Under the pieces are notes generated by a model. It had not been told where the DNA came from, made no database searches, and saw nothing but the letters and a program-made list of their open reading frames with translations. Both the position numbers and the translations under genes were made by a program. DNA of 64,000 nt from Escherichia phage AidaStucki_Bas93, in sequence record PQ850593.1; one strand, given 5' to 3'. How positions within the stretch are numbered: the stretch's first letter is position 1; every line of letters starts with the position of its first letter. Of the stretch, positions 10,263-20,219 are shown piece by piece.

Positions 10263-12140
10263 ATGTCTAGAGAATTAATGCCCAAATCTGGGATAATGAT
10301 GCCTCATGTGGTAGTTACTAGAGATGCCGCAGTTGTGGGTGTGTCTACAGTTGATGGCGTGGCAGGTGCTGTTAATTTAACAGATAAATATCTACAAAAG
10401 TCTGATGCTGAAGCAACATATCAAACGAAAGCAGAAGGGGCTACTAAGCAATATGTAACCGATGCTATTAACCCTATTATGACAAATGCTCTGTTTAAAG
10501 ATGACCCTTTTGTCAATAATGATACACCTATCCGCTCTGGTGGCGGTAATGGTGTTGAATCAGTGGATATGATTAAAGTTACCCCCGAGAACTCTATCAA
10601 ACTAGGGAGTTATGCTTCTTCTGTTCAGGGGGTTGAGATTCACTCTGCTGGTCGTGTTCAGGTTGTTGATCAGAATGATGGTGGAGTAGAAACTAAGTAT
10701 CCTATCTATTCTAAAAGGTATCGTCCTGAGATTGAGGATTTGCCTTTCGCTGCAATTGGTTCTTATGTCAAGGATTCTCAAGGTCGTACTGTTGGTGTTA
10801 CTCGTACAGGGATTAACTCTGATATCAAACAGCTTACTCAGAAGGTGACTTTCACTCAACCAGTTACTGTTCCTGATGCAGTTGGAGATTATGATGCAGT
10901 TACTTTGAGACAGCTTCGTAACAGTGGTGGTGGCTCTGGCGGTCCTACCATGAGCGGTATTTCTAACTTTGGTATTGGTGATTTTCATTTACGTGACAGC
11001 CGTGCTTTCATTCCCGCTTTTGAAGTAACCTCTGATGGACAGCTTCTCAGTCGTTCAGAGTATCCAGACCTTTGGGCTTATGCTCAACTGTTGACACCTA
11101 TCTCGGATGCTGATTGGTTGGCTGATCCTCAGAAACGTGGTAAATACTCAACAGGTGATGGTTCTACTACTTTCCGTGTCCCTGACCGAAATGGTGTCCA
11201 ATCAGGTTCAATTAAAGAGTTGTTTGGGAGAGGGGACGGAGGATCTTCCTCTAACAATGGTACAATCTACGAAGCAGCAGCGCCAGACATTGGAGGGGCA
11301 GCAGCTGGCGTATCTCAAGGTACTTATGCGCAAATTTTTGGTACAGCATCAAGAGGTGCGTTTTTCGCAGATAACGGTTTATATCCACAAGGTCAAGGTG
11401 AAACTATTCCGGGCGGAGCTGGTGCTACAGAAGGTCGTCAGAATACTCTGAATTTCCTAGCAAGTAGATCTAATGCTACTTATGGGAGATACGGTGTTTC
11501 AGATAACATCCTCCCTCGTAACTTTATTGGTGTTTGGACTATCCGTGCGCATGGTGGTTTTACGGCAGCTAACACTTCTTGGTCTGTGATTAATAGTGGC
11601 ACTACTGTACCTCCACCTAACGCGGTTGTTTACGGCGGTCAAGTTTCCAGTGAGTACAGAGTCAACGGTGCACTACGTGTAGGCTCAAGCATCATGACGC
11701 GCTATACGGAAAATGGAGAAATTATCCCGATTGTTCGTGTTACTGATAACCGTACAGGTACGTCATCGTCTTATGACAGACCACTCCGTGATGCTTATCA
11801 GGTTACCAATACTGGAACAGGGGGTCGGTCACTTAACATCGTTAAAAACAATACTCGCGGTTGGCAAACTATATCGTGCCGTTTTCCTGTAACATGCCCT
11901 CCTAACTCAGCTACAAACTGGAACTGGAATTTTGTAAGCGAAGGAGCAACACCATTCGTCAACTATCCTGGGATATCGGCTAATGGGGAAAGTAGTAACT
12001 CTGCGGACTGGTTGGTTCAGGTGGAAGGTATTACAGGTAGTCAGTGTGCAGGCTTTATTCACAACAAATCATCAGCAACTTTGGTAGTATGGGTGATGTT
12101 AATCGCACACGGCATAATTGCCTCAACCTGGGAGGGATAA
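10263..12140 (+). CDS. putative tail fibre / receptor-binding protein
   Basis: 625-aa G/S/T-rich ORF within the tail gene block. Confidence 0.5.
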   Translation: MSRELMPKSGIMMPHVVVTRDAAVVGVSTVDGVAGAVNLTDKYLQKSDAEATYQTKAEGATKQYVTDAINPIMTNALFKDDPFVNNDTPIRSGGGNGVESVDMIKVTPENSIKLGSYASSVQGVEIHSAGRVQVVDQNDGGVETKYPIYSKRYRPEIEDLPFAAIGSYVKDSQGRTVGVTRTGINSDIKQLTQKVTFTQPVTVPDAVGDYDAVTLRQLRNSGGGSGGPTMSGISNFGIGDFHLRDSRAFIPAFEVTSDGQLLSRSEYPDLWAYAQLLTPISDADWLADPQKRGKYSTGDGSTTFRVPDRNGVQSGSIKELFGRGDGGSSSNNGTIYEAAAPDIGGAAAGVSQGTYAQIFGTASRGAFFADNGLYPQGQGETIPGGAGATEGRQNTLNFLASRSNATYGRYGVSDNILPRNFIGVWTIRAHGGFTAANTSWSVINSGTTVPPPNAVVYGGQVSSEYRVNGALRVGSSIMTRYTENGEIIPIVRVTDNRTGTSSSYDRPLRDAYQVTNTGTGGRSLNIVKNNTRGWQTISCRFPVTCPPNSATNWNWNFVSEGATPFVNYPGISANGESSNSADWLVQVEGITGSQCAGFIHNKSSATLVVWVMLIAHGIIASTWEG

Positions 12141-12141
12141 T

Positions 12142-12351
12142 ATGGTCACTACAAATGTTAATTACGCTAAGACGGCTGAAATGAGACTTGCAACATGTGT
12201 AACTAAAATACAGGAATGCACAGCAATGGCGAGTTTCGTTGATGAATATAAGGACAAACTGGTCGAGTGGCAGAACTACTACATTGCTGCAAAACCTTTG
12301 AGTGATGCAGGAAAGTTTGAAGAGCTTTTCAACATCCCACTTCCCGACTAG
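12142..12351 (+). CDS. hypothetical protein
   Basis: start moved to the MVTTNV methionine, which has a GGAGGG RBS. Confidence 0.4.
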   Translation: MVTTNVNYAKTAEMRLATCVTKIQECTAMASFVDEYKDKLVEWQNYYIAAKPLSDAGKFEELFNIPLPD

Positions 12352-12407
12352 TCTGGCAAGTAATCTACAGTCCTGCTATGATGCTCTGATTAACGGAGGA
12401 TGAAATC

Positions 12408-12566
12408 ATGGCAGGACGTCAAGTTACCTACACAACCCGTAGCTTAGGCGAGATTGTGAATCGCCTTGATCCTAAACGTTTAACGGAACCCAAAATAGTT
12501 TATATTCTGGATAACAGGAAGAGGGTCAAGAAGATTCTAATCTTTCTGATCCACGACTTTCGCTGA
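12408..12566 (+). CDS. hypothetical small protein (52 aa)
   Basis: hand-translated ORF below the track cutoff; GGAGGA RBS 6 nt upstream of ATG. Confidence 0.25.
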   Translation: MAGRQVTYTTRSLGEIVNRLDPKRLTEPKIVYILDNRKRVKKILIFLIHDFR

Positions 12567-12791
12567 ACAAAGGACTGGTGACCCCGGTTTAATCACAAAC
12601 TGGAGGTGGTTTTAATAAGGGACTTGAACACTAATGGAGGTGTTAATATTTTTGTTAAAATTGCATCATCTATAGCAGAACTTAAGTCTGATAAATAGTC
12701 TACTGCCCCTTCGGGGGCTTTAGTAGTAAGTATGTTCAAGAGGTAATGAAACTACTATATCACAAAAGGAATACACATAGGAGATACGAAG

Positions 12792-13010
12792 ATGAAAATG
12801 ATGAAACAAATCAGTTATGGGCTAGCTTGCGTTGCTACCGGTTTTGTTGTGTCAGTGGCTGTTCCTGTTAACGCAGTGCATCCTCTGATAACACAGCCTG
12901 CACCAGTTGAGAAGTTAAGTGCATCTTGTAAGCAGCGTACAATTCAGAATAATCTTGTGGTTATTTGTCCGGACTCTGATTCTAGTGCTCTGAGAAACAT
13001 GCTTCAGTAA
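12792..13010 (+). CDS. small membrane/secreted protein (holin candidate)
   Basis: 72 aa with one N-terminal hydrophobic segment; lies immediately upstream of the lysozyme gene. Confidence 0.4.
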   Translation: MKMMKQISYGLACVATGFVVSVAVPVNAVHPLITQPAPVEKLSASCKQRTIQNNLVVICPDSDSSALRNMLQ

Positions 13011-13039
13011 TTTAGAGCTAACTGGAAGGGAGGTGAAAA

Positions 13040-13531
13040 ATGGATAATGTCGCATTGCCACCGATACAGCTGAGCTTAAGCCCAGACGGGATGGAATTCA
13101 TCATGAAGCATGAAGGTATGAGAACTCGTGCTTACAAAGATTCCGCAGGTATCTGGACGATATGTGTTGGGGCTACGCGCGATATGAATGGGTATCCAGT
13201 TAGACAGGGATTAACGTATTCTATAGAGGATTGTCTAGCTCTGCTAGATAGAGACACACAAGACTCTGTTCGTGCCACTCAGAAAAATATTAGGGTTCCT
13301 TTGTTAACCCACGAGTTTGATGCTCTCACCTCTTTCAACTTCAACGTTGGTGGTGAGGCTTTATCAACTTCTAAACTTAGGAAAGTTATTAACGGAGATG
13401 TGAAGGGTGATGTTTATTCCGAATTTCTTCGTTGGGATAAAATAACGGTAAGGGGAGAGAAGCAGAGAAGTCAGGGTCTTCATAACAGAAGGGTTGCAGA
13501 AGCTGATCTTTACACCGAAGGTAAATATTAA
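13040..13531 (+). CDS. lysozyme (GH24, T4-lysozyme-like)
   Basis: N-terminal EGxRxxAYKDSAGIWTICVG motif typical of GH24 phage lysozymes. Confidence 0.75.
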   Translation: MDNVALPPIQLSLSPDGMEFIMKHEGMRTRAYKDSAGIWTICVGATRDMNGYPVRQGLTYSIEDCLALLDRDTQDSVRATQKNIRVPLLTHEFDALTSFNFNVGGEALSTSKLRKVINGDVKGDVYSEFLRWDKITVRGEKQRSQGLHNRRVAEADLYTEGKY

Positions 13532-13543
13532 TGGAGGTGCCTT

Positions 13544-14347
13544 TTGGCTATCGAAACTAATGCGGTAGTTGTTACCGATTTAAACCCGCTCTATCCTAGA
13601 GACAGGGATTACATCTACGAAGGGGCGGCTCAAATCCGCCTCATTAAACAAACATTACAGAACACATTCCCAAATGTTACAGAGCCAGTTCAGTTGGACT
13701 CAGATTCTCTCAATATTCTGGCTAGCAAAGTTACCTTTACTGGTGACTCTATGGATGTTGGTGGGTTGATGATCAAGAATGCCACTCCGGGTACAGGTGA
13801 TAGCGATGTTGTCACTAAAGGCCAGATGGAAGCTTTCATGCAGAACTGGATGGCTAATAAGCTTTACAGGATTGGCTCTTACTATATCACTGAAGAAGAT
13901 ATTAACCCCGGTGATAGTTCTTCTCTTGGTTTTGGCTCTTGGACTAAAGTGACTGGTGTTATTATGGGTACTGGTGTAGTAAACCCTGATGGCTCTGTTC
14001 CTAATGCTCAGAGGGTTGAATTCCAAGCAGGTGGTACTGGTGGTCGTGTATTCAATACCATTCGTACAGAGAACGTACCTTTGATGACAGTTAATGGCTC
14101 CAGCTTCTCTTTATCCAGCAACACCCACAGTCACAACATGGTATTTGGTCGTGGAGATGCTAGTGGTCATAACAGCTCACCTAACTGGTATAGTCCGGGT
14201 GGTGGTTACAGTCAGAGAACTGATAATGACACTCACACTCATACAATCTCTGGTAGTGTAAGTCTTGGTCGTGATGATATCTCTCGTCAACCTATTAACA
14301 CTTTGCCACCATTCAGAGCGGCTCACATTTGGAGACGTATTAGTTAA
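13544..14347 (+). CDS. putative tail fibre protein
   Basis: 267-aa ORF in the tail block, tightly packed with neighbours. Confidence 0.45.
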   Translation: MAIETNAVVVTDLNPLYPRDRDYIYEGAAQIRLIKQTLQNTFPNVTEPVQLDSDSLNILASKVTFTGDSMDVGGLMIKNATPGTGDSDVVTKGQMEAFMQNWMANKLYRIGSYYITEEDINPGDSSSLGFGSWTKVTGVIMGTGVVNPDGSVPNAQRVEFQAGGTGGRVFNTIRTENVPLMTVNGSSFSLSSNTHSHNMVFGRGDASGHNSSPNWYSPGGGYSQRTDNDTHTHTISGSVSLGRDDISRQPINTLPPFRAAHIWRRIS

Positions 14348-14356
14348 GGAGGAATT

Positions 14357-17300
14357 ATGGCGCTGTATCCAATAAAGTCACTAGGTGCTGTAGGCGTTAT
14401 CGCTGATCAGGCTCCGACAGACTTAGCTCCTAATGCTTTCACTAATGCTATAAATGCTCGATTTGTTGAGCAGAGAGTGTTTAAGACGGGGGGCAATGCC
14501 CCTCTTTCTTATGTAGATGAAGATAAGGATTTAACCCCTCTGTCTTTCGTGTCTATGCCTTTCGATTATTATAGCGCAGGTAATAGCTTTCTTGTTGTAG
14601 GTACGAATAAGAAGTTATATAAACTGACAGATGAAAGCTTGACTGACATTAGCCGTAAGGTTGCTACAGTCACTAAGAAGGCTTCTGCCTCAATTAAGAT
14701 CTATCCAGTTGTTTCTCAAATCGTTCCTAAAGAATCAACTATTTCAATGAACTTCAATCAGACTAAGAATCTAGAAGTTTCTCTTCTTCCTGCTGATGCT
14801 AACAATACCGACCTTGTTTGGGAGGTTAGTAATTCAACCTATGGAAGTATTGCAGTAGACCCTAATGATTCTAAACTTGCTACTCTAACATCTTTTGAGA
14901 GAGAGGGGAATCTTGTAGTAACCATCTCTACTGCTGATGATTCTGTAGTGGCTCAGATTGCTGTGAACATTATAGATGGTGATTCGGGAATCTTCTTGAG
15001 TCAGGACACTGTTACTATCCGTAAAGGAGGGACTACCACTCTTACGGCTGTTACTGGTAAAACCCCTGTTACTTGGTCTAGCAGTAATGCTTCTATTGTA
15101 TCCGTAACCCCTAACGCTAATTCTCTAACTTCTGTTATTACTGCTAATGGTGAGGGCAACGTAACAATCACTGCCGATAATGGAACGAAGACTGCTTCTT
15201 GTGAGGTTGTTTCTATACCTCAGATTGATAGCATCTCTTTAAGCCAGTCGGATGTTATTGTAAGCAGAGGTTCTCAGTACATCTTAACTGCTACCCTTTC
15301 TCCTGCTGATGCCCCTAATCAAAACATTACTTGGACCTCTTCTAATCCAAATATTGCAACAGTATCAGGGACTAGTACACAAGGGACGATCAATGCCTTA
15401 CTTGCTGGATTTACTGAGATTACGGCTACCACTGAAGAAGGTAACAGAGTTGCTGTCTGTACTGTACGAGTAGATTTAGCTGGAAGGGCGATGAGAACAA
15501 GTGCTATGGCATTTGCTGCACCTGCATCAGAACCAATTGAATCACAAGAGGAAGAAGTAGTAACTTCTCCTGAAAGTGAAGAGACGGTTTATTTTGCTGA
15601 TCCTGTGTCTGGTATCGATACGTCAGGGATGTATGAAGGTAATAACTTCTACGACTACTCTAACGTGAACGACATTGAAGGTTTTGCAAGAGCTTCTTTA
15701 CTAGAAACCCCTTTGTCATCCGTAACCTTGGATGTTGTCAGTGCTTCTCTTGATGTTGGTGAGGAAATAGTTATTACAGCTACAGCTTCTCCAGAAGGTG
15801 AGTATTCCTATCAGTGGTCTGTCGATAAGACTGGTTATGTTTCTACAACTTCAGTTACTGGTAAATCTATCAAACTGGTTGCTCTTCGTAAAGGAGAGAT
15901 TAACGTAACATGTACTGTCAGTCAGATGACCCAGAAAGATTACGATGCTTTTGATGACTACCCTTGGTATCACGCTGTTATCTCTAACTGTGCAGTTGCT
16001 ACAACTCACTATGAAACTCCTCAGGTAAAAGAGTTCGAATCAGAATACTTTGTAGACCTTCCGGGGTGGGGTGAGCAAACAGTTGTTGATAGTGATGGAA
16101 ACCCTTCAGTCAAAAAGTTTAACTGGAAATGTGAGAGAGTAAGATCTTTTAACAACCGTCTTTTTGCTCTGAATATGAGAGAGGCTAATGCTTCTGGTGT
16201 TACCACTAACTACCCTCTTCGTCTTCGTTGGTCTAATTTTGCCAACGAGAACAAAGCTCCTACTTTATGGGATGACTTTGCCTATGATCGAGTTGTGTCT
16301 TCGGACTTGGCTTCTAACATCGTAGGACAGACTCAGGCTTTAGAAAATGGATATGCTGGTTACATCGACTTAGCTGACTCTAACGGCAGCTTGATTGATA
16401 TCCTACCTCTTAAAGATTACTTGTTCGTTTATACAGAGTTTGAAACGTACATTGGTTCTCCAACTAATAACACGTACCAACCTCTGATGTTCAAGAAACT
16501 CTTTAACGATTCCGGTATCCTTGCTCCTGAGTGTGTAGTAGAAGTTGAAGGTAGTCATTTCGTAGTTACTCAGAACGATGTAATCTTACACAATGGTGCA
16601 ACTAAGAAGTCAATCGCTTCTAACCGTGTTAAGAATATGCTAATTAATGAGATATGTCTGGTTAACCCTTTAGCTACTCGAGTACATTTGCATCAGGATA
16701 AGAAAGAAGTTTGGATTCTGTACGTAGGTCCGGGAGAACCAAAAGAAAGCTTCGCTTGTACTAAAGCTGCTGTATGGAACTACGAGTTTGATACTTGGTC
16801 CTTCCGTACTATTCCTTATGCTCAGTGTATCGGTCTAGTTGACCCTCCTGTTTTAGAGAGAGGTCCAATCTGGTCTGACTTCCAAGAGATCACTTGGGAT
16901 GACCAATCTATCAAAGAACTCGTTTGGAGAAAGGATGCAACAAACTTTAGACAGAGGGTTACGATAGTAGGTTCGTTCTTGAGGGGGTTCTATCAAGTGG
17001 ATGTAGGTGCTCTTGATTATTTCTATGATAGGCTTAATGATAAGATTATAGAAAAACCACTGGAGATGAGGTTAGAGAGAACTGGCATTGATTTTGATAA
17101 CATCACTAATGAGTGGAATCAAAAGCATATCAATAGGTTCAGACCTCAGACGACAGGTTCTGGTACGTATACTTTTGAGGCGGGTGGTAGTCAATTCTCT
17201 AACGAGTATGGTCATCCACATACATCCAAGACGTATACGATTGGTGTTGATAGGCATGTCTCGGTGAGACTGAACCATCCATACCTTTTCTATAATGTTA

Positions 17301-17374
17301 TAGATAATGATGTTAACAGCAATGCTGCTATCAATGGATTAACGATAGAGTTTGCTGTTGGCGGGCGGAGATAA
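14357..17374 (+). CDS. large tail/host-specificity protein with Ig-like domains
   Basis: 1005 aa; tandem BIG2-like segments in the N-terminal third. Confidence 0.55.
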   Translation: MALYPIKSLGAVGVIADQAPTDLAPNAFTNAINARFVEQRVFKTGGNAPLSYVDEDKDLTPLSFVSMPFDYYSAGNSFLVVGTNKKLYKLTDESLTDISRKVATVTKKASASIKIYPVVSQIVPKESTISMNFNQTKNLEVSLLPADANNTDLVWEVSNSTYGSIAVDPNDSKLATLTSFEREGNLVVTISTADDSVVAQIAVNIIDGDSGIFLSQDTVTIRKGGTTTLTAVTGKTPVTWSSSNASIVSVTPNANSLTSVITANGEGNVTITADNGTKTASCEVVSIPQIDSISLSQSDVIVSRGSQYILTATLSPADAPNQNITWTSSNPNIATVSGTSTQGTINALLAGFTEITATTEEGNRVAVCTVRVDLAGRAMRTSAMAFAAPASEPIESQEEEVVTSPESEETVYFADPVSGIDTSGMYEGNNFYDYSNVNDIEGFARASLLETPLSSVTLDVVSASLDVGEEIVITATASPEGEYSYQWSVDKTGYVSTTSVTGKSIKLVALRKGEINVTCTVSQMTQKDYDAFDDYPWYHAVISNCAVATTHYETPQVKEFESEYFVDLPGWGEQTVVDSDGNPSVKKFNWKCERVRSFNNRLFALNMREANASGVTTNYPLRLRWSNFANENKAPTLWDDFAYDRVVSSDLASNIVGQTQALENGYAGYIDLADSNGSLIDILPLKDYLFVYTEFETYIGSPTNNTYQPLMFKKLFNDSGILAPECVVEVEGSHFVVTQNDVILHNGATKKSIASNRVKNMLINEICLVNPLATRVHLHQDKKEVWILYVGPGEPKESFACTKAAVWNYEFDTWSFRTIPYAQCIGLVDPPVLERGPIWSDFQEITWDDQSIKELVWRKDATNFRQRVTIVGSFLRGFYQVDVGALDYFYDRLNDKIIEKPLEMRLERTGIDFDNITNEWNQKHINRFRPQTTGSGTYTFEAGGSQFSNEYGHPHTSKTYTIGVDRHVSVRLNHPYLFYNVIDNDVNSNAAINGLTIEFAVGGRR

Positions 17375-17378
17375 CAAC

Positions 17379-17408
17379 AAGGGGCTTCGTGCCCCTTTTA
17401 TTGTTTTT
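17379..17408 (+). terminator. rho-independent terminator
   Basis: GGGGC-TTCGT-GCCCC hairpin followed by TTTTATTGTTTTT. Confidence 0.5.
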
Positions 17409-17418
17409 GGAGGAACTT

Positions 17419-18387
17419 ATGGGTGCAGGTGGTTTTCGTAAGAACACTGGTCGCAATAACACCACACTCCCGTACAACGTTGGGTTTCTCAATAATGTAC
17501 AGGACACAGAAACTTATAACGTAGCCGTTTATGATGAACTACAGAAAGTCAGCACAGCTACTAACCAAATGTTCCAAGCTATAGATGAAATTCACGAAGA
17601 GATTGATGTTCGTATCAAAGCTCTTCATGCGATGAATCTACAATTTGATGAGCTTGAGAATAGAATTACTACAGAGATAGAAACAGCTATTGCAGACATT
17701 CAAACACAGATGGGGAACCTCTCCACTGATGATATTTGGGATAACTCTGTTCAACCTCCGGTAAAGCTAGAAAGCACAGTATCTGGCTTTAAGACAAGTA
17801 TTGAAGGTAACACAACTAAAATACAGACTGTCGAAGGTATTGTTAATGATCAAGGTCAAGAGATTGCTTTAGTTCAGACAGAGATTCAAAACATTAATGG
17901 AAGCCTCTCTCAGTATATGAAGCTCTCTGAGTATGAAGCTACGTGGGGTGTTAACTCTACAGTCAACGGAAGATATGCTGGGGTCAAGTTAACTAACAAC
18001 GGAACAAACAGCCAATTCCAAGTAACAGCTAACAAATTTATTGTTGGTGATGGCAACTCTGGTAACACTCCCTTCGTGTTTGAAGGTGGGCGAGCTAGGA
18101 TGGAATTCGCTGACATAAAGAACGTCAATATCACAACAGCTCAGATTGCTAATGCTAGGATTCAGTGGGCACAGATTGATAACGTATCCATCTCCAACGC
18201 CCAAATTCAGAACTTGTCAGCGGATAAAATCACTGCTGGTTCTATGTGGGGTTCTAACTGGAGACTTACTGTTGGGGGTGACTTTGTTATGGGCGGCACA
18301 GGTGGGGCACAATTGTGGATGAATGGGAACAGGATAGACTTCTATGATGGAAGTGGTGCTCTGAGAATTAGGATAGGGAGTTGGTGA
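17419..18387 (+). CDS. putative tail protein
   Basis: start moved to MGAGG (GGAGG RBS), in frame with track ORF 17389..18387; the track N-terminus overlaps the terminator. Confidence 0.5.
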   Translation: MGAGGFRKNTGRNNTTLPYNVGFLNNVQDTETYNVAVYDELQKVSTATNQMFQAIDEIHEEIDVRIKALHAMNLQFDELENRITTEIETAIADIQTQMGNLSTDDIWDNSVQPPVKLESTVSGFKTSIEGNTTKIQTVEGIVNDQGQEIALVQTEIQNINGSLSQYMKLSEYEATWGVNSTVNGRYAGVKLTNNGTNSQFQVTANKFIVGDGNSGNTPFVFEGGRARMEFADIKNVNITTAQIANARIQWAQIDNVSISNAQIQNLSADKITAGSMWGSNWRLTVGGDFVMGGTGGAQLWMNGNRIDFYDGSGALRIRIGSW

Positions 18388-18388
18388 T

Positions 18389-19408
18389 ATGGCATATGGA
18401 ATATGGTGTCAACCGGTAGGTCCGGGGCCAGCCGCCCCTGCCTCTCTTTTTATAGATAGTAATTTAACATTTCCACAATATCTAGGAGCATACAATATAT
18501 CTCCTTCGTGGAGTGCTAGAAATGCTTCTTTTAACGTAGGCTCTTTTGATGGTCAAGGTGAGTTATTAATTGTCCCGACTAGTAGACTTATTCAAGATTA
18601 TTATGTAGGGACAGATTTAATGCCCAGTTTTAGTTATGTAACAGGTATAGGGACTTCTGGACAAACAGTAAATATTAACATAGAGCCTGCTGGAGCTAGT
18701 GGTAACAATAACAGAAACTTCCCAATGTCTTTCCAAGCATATAAACTCTGGCCTAGAGGTAATAGAAGCTACGGAATAACTTTCTCAAACTCAGCAGATT
18801 TCTTTTCTATCTCTGATAGTGGGGTTGTTGGTCAGTGTGTTTGGGCGTACAGAGGGGCTGTAGGAGACGGTTTTACTGTCCCTAATGCTGGCCCCAACGC
18901 TCTAGTATTTGCCAACTGGAATCAGGGTGGGGTGTGTGCTTCTTACAACGCAAGCAACGGTCAAATGATCATAACCCACGATAGATCAAACCAGTCTGGC
19001 AGTAACAGAGGTGCAGTAATATATGATATGAGAATTGCTGTTTTTGCTAGTGGTGTGGGTGTACCAGAACATAATGGAGGTCTGAATATATACTCTCCCG
19101 GAACTACAACTTGTGTATTCTCTACTTACAGGACTCCGTTTGCTATCAGCAGGTTCTTCCCATCTAGTGGGGGTTATACAGGTCTAGGCATTCCTATGAT
19201 GTGTATGAATGTCACTAATGGAGCCATAACAGCGCAAGGTGGTGGATGGATGTGGGTTCATGAAAGATCTCATACAATGAGTGGTACGTCAGTAGGAACA
19301 GGCTTTGGCCCACTCGTGGCTAACTGGACTGACCGATACCCAATCAACGTTAACATAAACCTAGGATTCAATTACCCAATGTTGGAAGGTTCTTTAATTT
19401 ATGCATAA
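18389..19408 (+). CDS. hypothetical virion protein
   Basis: 339-aa ORF in the structural block. Confidence 0.4.
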   Translation: MAYGIWCQPVGPGPAAPASLFIDSNLTFPQYLGAYNISPSWSARNASFNVGSFDGQGELLIVPTSRLIQDYYVGTDLMPSFSYVTGIGTSGQTVNINIEPAGASGNNNRNFPMSFQAYKLWPRGNRSYGITFSNSADFFSISDSGVVGQCVWAYRGAVGDGFTVPNAGPNALVFANWNQGGVCASYNASNGQMIITHDRSNQSGSNRGAVIYDMRIAVFASGVGVPEHNGGLNIYSPGTTTCVFSTYRTPFAISRFFPSSGGYTGLGIPMMCMNVTNGAITAQGGGWMWVHERSHTMSGTSVGTGFGPLVANWTDRYPINVNINLGFNYPMLEGSLIYA

Positions 19409-19417
19409 GGAGATATT

Positions 19418-20200
19418 ATGGCAATTAGAATGGGTATCGAAGAACTAGACCCAATGGTGCAACAGGCTTCAAAGAAGTATGGAATACCAGCTGCTTTGAT
19501 TCATGCTGTAATCCAAAGGGAGTCTAGTGGTCGTCCTACGGTGGCCTCTGGAACTGGTCCTGTAGGTTTAATGCAGATCAGTAAAGGAGTAGCCAAAGAT
19601 TATGGTTACAAACTAGAAGATAGACTTGACCCGGCAAAGAACATTGATATGGGTGCTCGTTACATCAGAGACAATCTGAAAGCTTTTAATGGTGATGTTA
19701 AGAAAGCGATGGTTGGTTATTCAGAAGGTATTAGTGGTGCTAAGCAGATGTTCGCTGGTAAAAGAGGTTTTACTTCTCAGGCTCTTGACTCAATGAATAA
19801 CAAACACTTTCTCCCTTTCTATGGTGACGCATCTTCTCAGATTGCTAACCCTATTGGAGCTTTACAAGCTGTTCAGCCCGTCAACCAGTTCAGTTCGGGC
19901 TATTTAGATAGAGAGAAGGCTGCACAAGCTCCAACCCAGGCAGAGATTGCTGCTTCTAAGACAGGTGCTTTAGGCGGTAATCCTGTAGGGTTTTACTCTG
20001 ATGAAGTGCAGGAAGGTGAAGACCAGAAGCCCCAACAGAACTTTGGTAATGCAGTATTAGGGTTGGCTGCTATGCTTGCTGGTAAACCTCCTACCTCTCA
20101 AACAGTTCAGAGGGCAAGTGCACCTCATGCAGCAGGTTCTCAGTACAGCCCACAAACACAAGCAGTGCTTAGACGTCTGGCTAGCATTGGTGTTAAGTAA
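19418..20200 (+). CDS. lytic transglycosylase (SLT domain), probably virion-associated
   Basis: QRESSGRP ... GLMQIS motif of the SLT family. Confidence 0.75.
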   Translation: MAIRMGIEELDPMVQQASKKYGIPAALIHAVIQRESSGRPTVASGTGPVGLMQISKGVAKDYGYKLEDRLDPAKNIDMGARYIRDNLKAFNGDVKKAMVGYSEGISGAKQMFAGKRGFTSQALDSMNNKHFLPFYGDASSQIANPIGALQAVQPVNQFSSGYLDREKAAQAPTQAEIAASKTGALGGNPVGFYSDEVQEGEDQKPQQNFGNAVLGLAAMLAGKPPTSQTVQRASAPHAAGSQYSPQTQAVLRRLASIGVK

Positions 20201-20219
20201 TAATCGTTAAGGAGGACTT

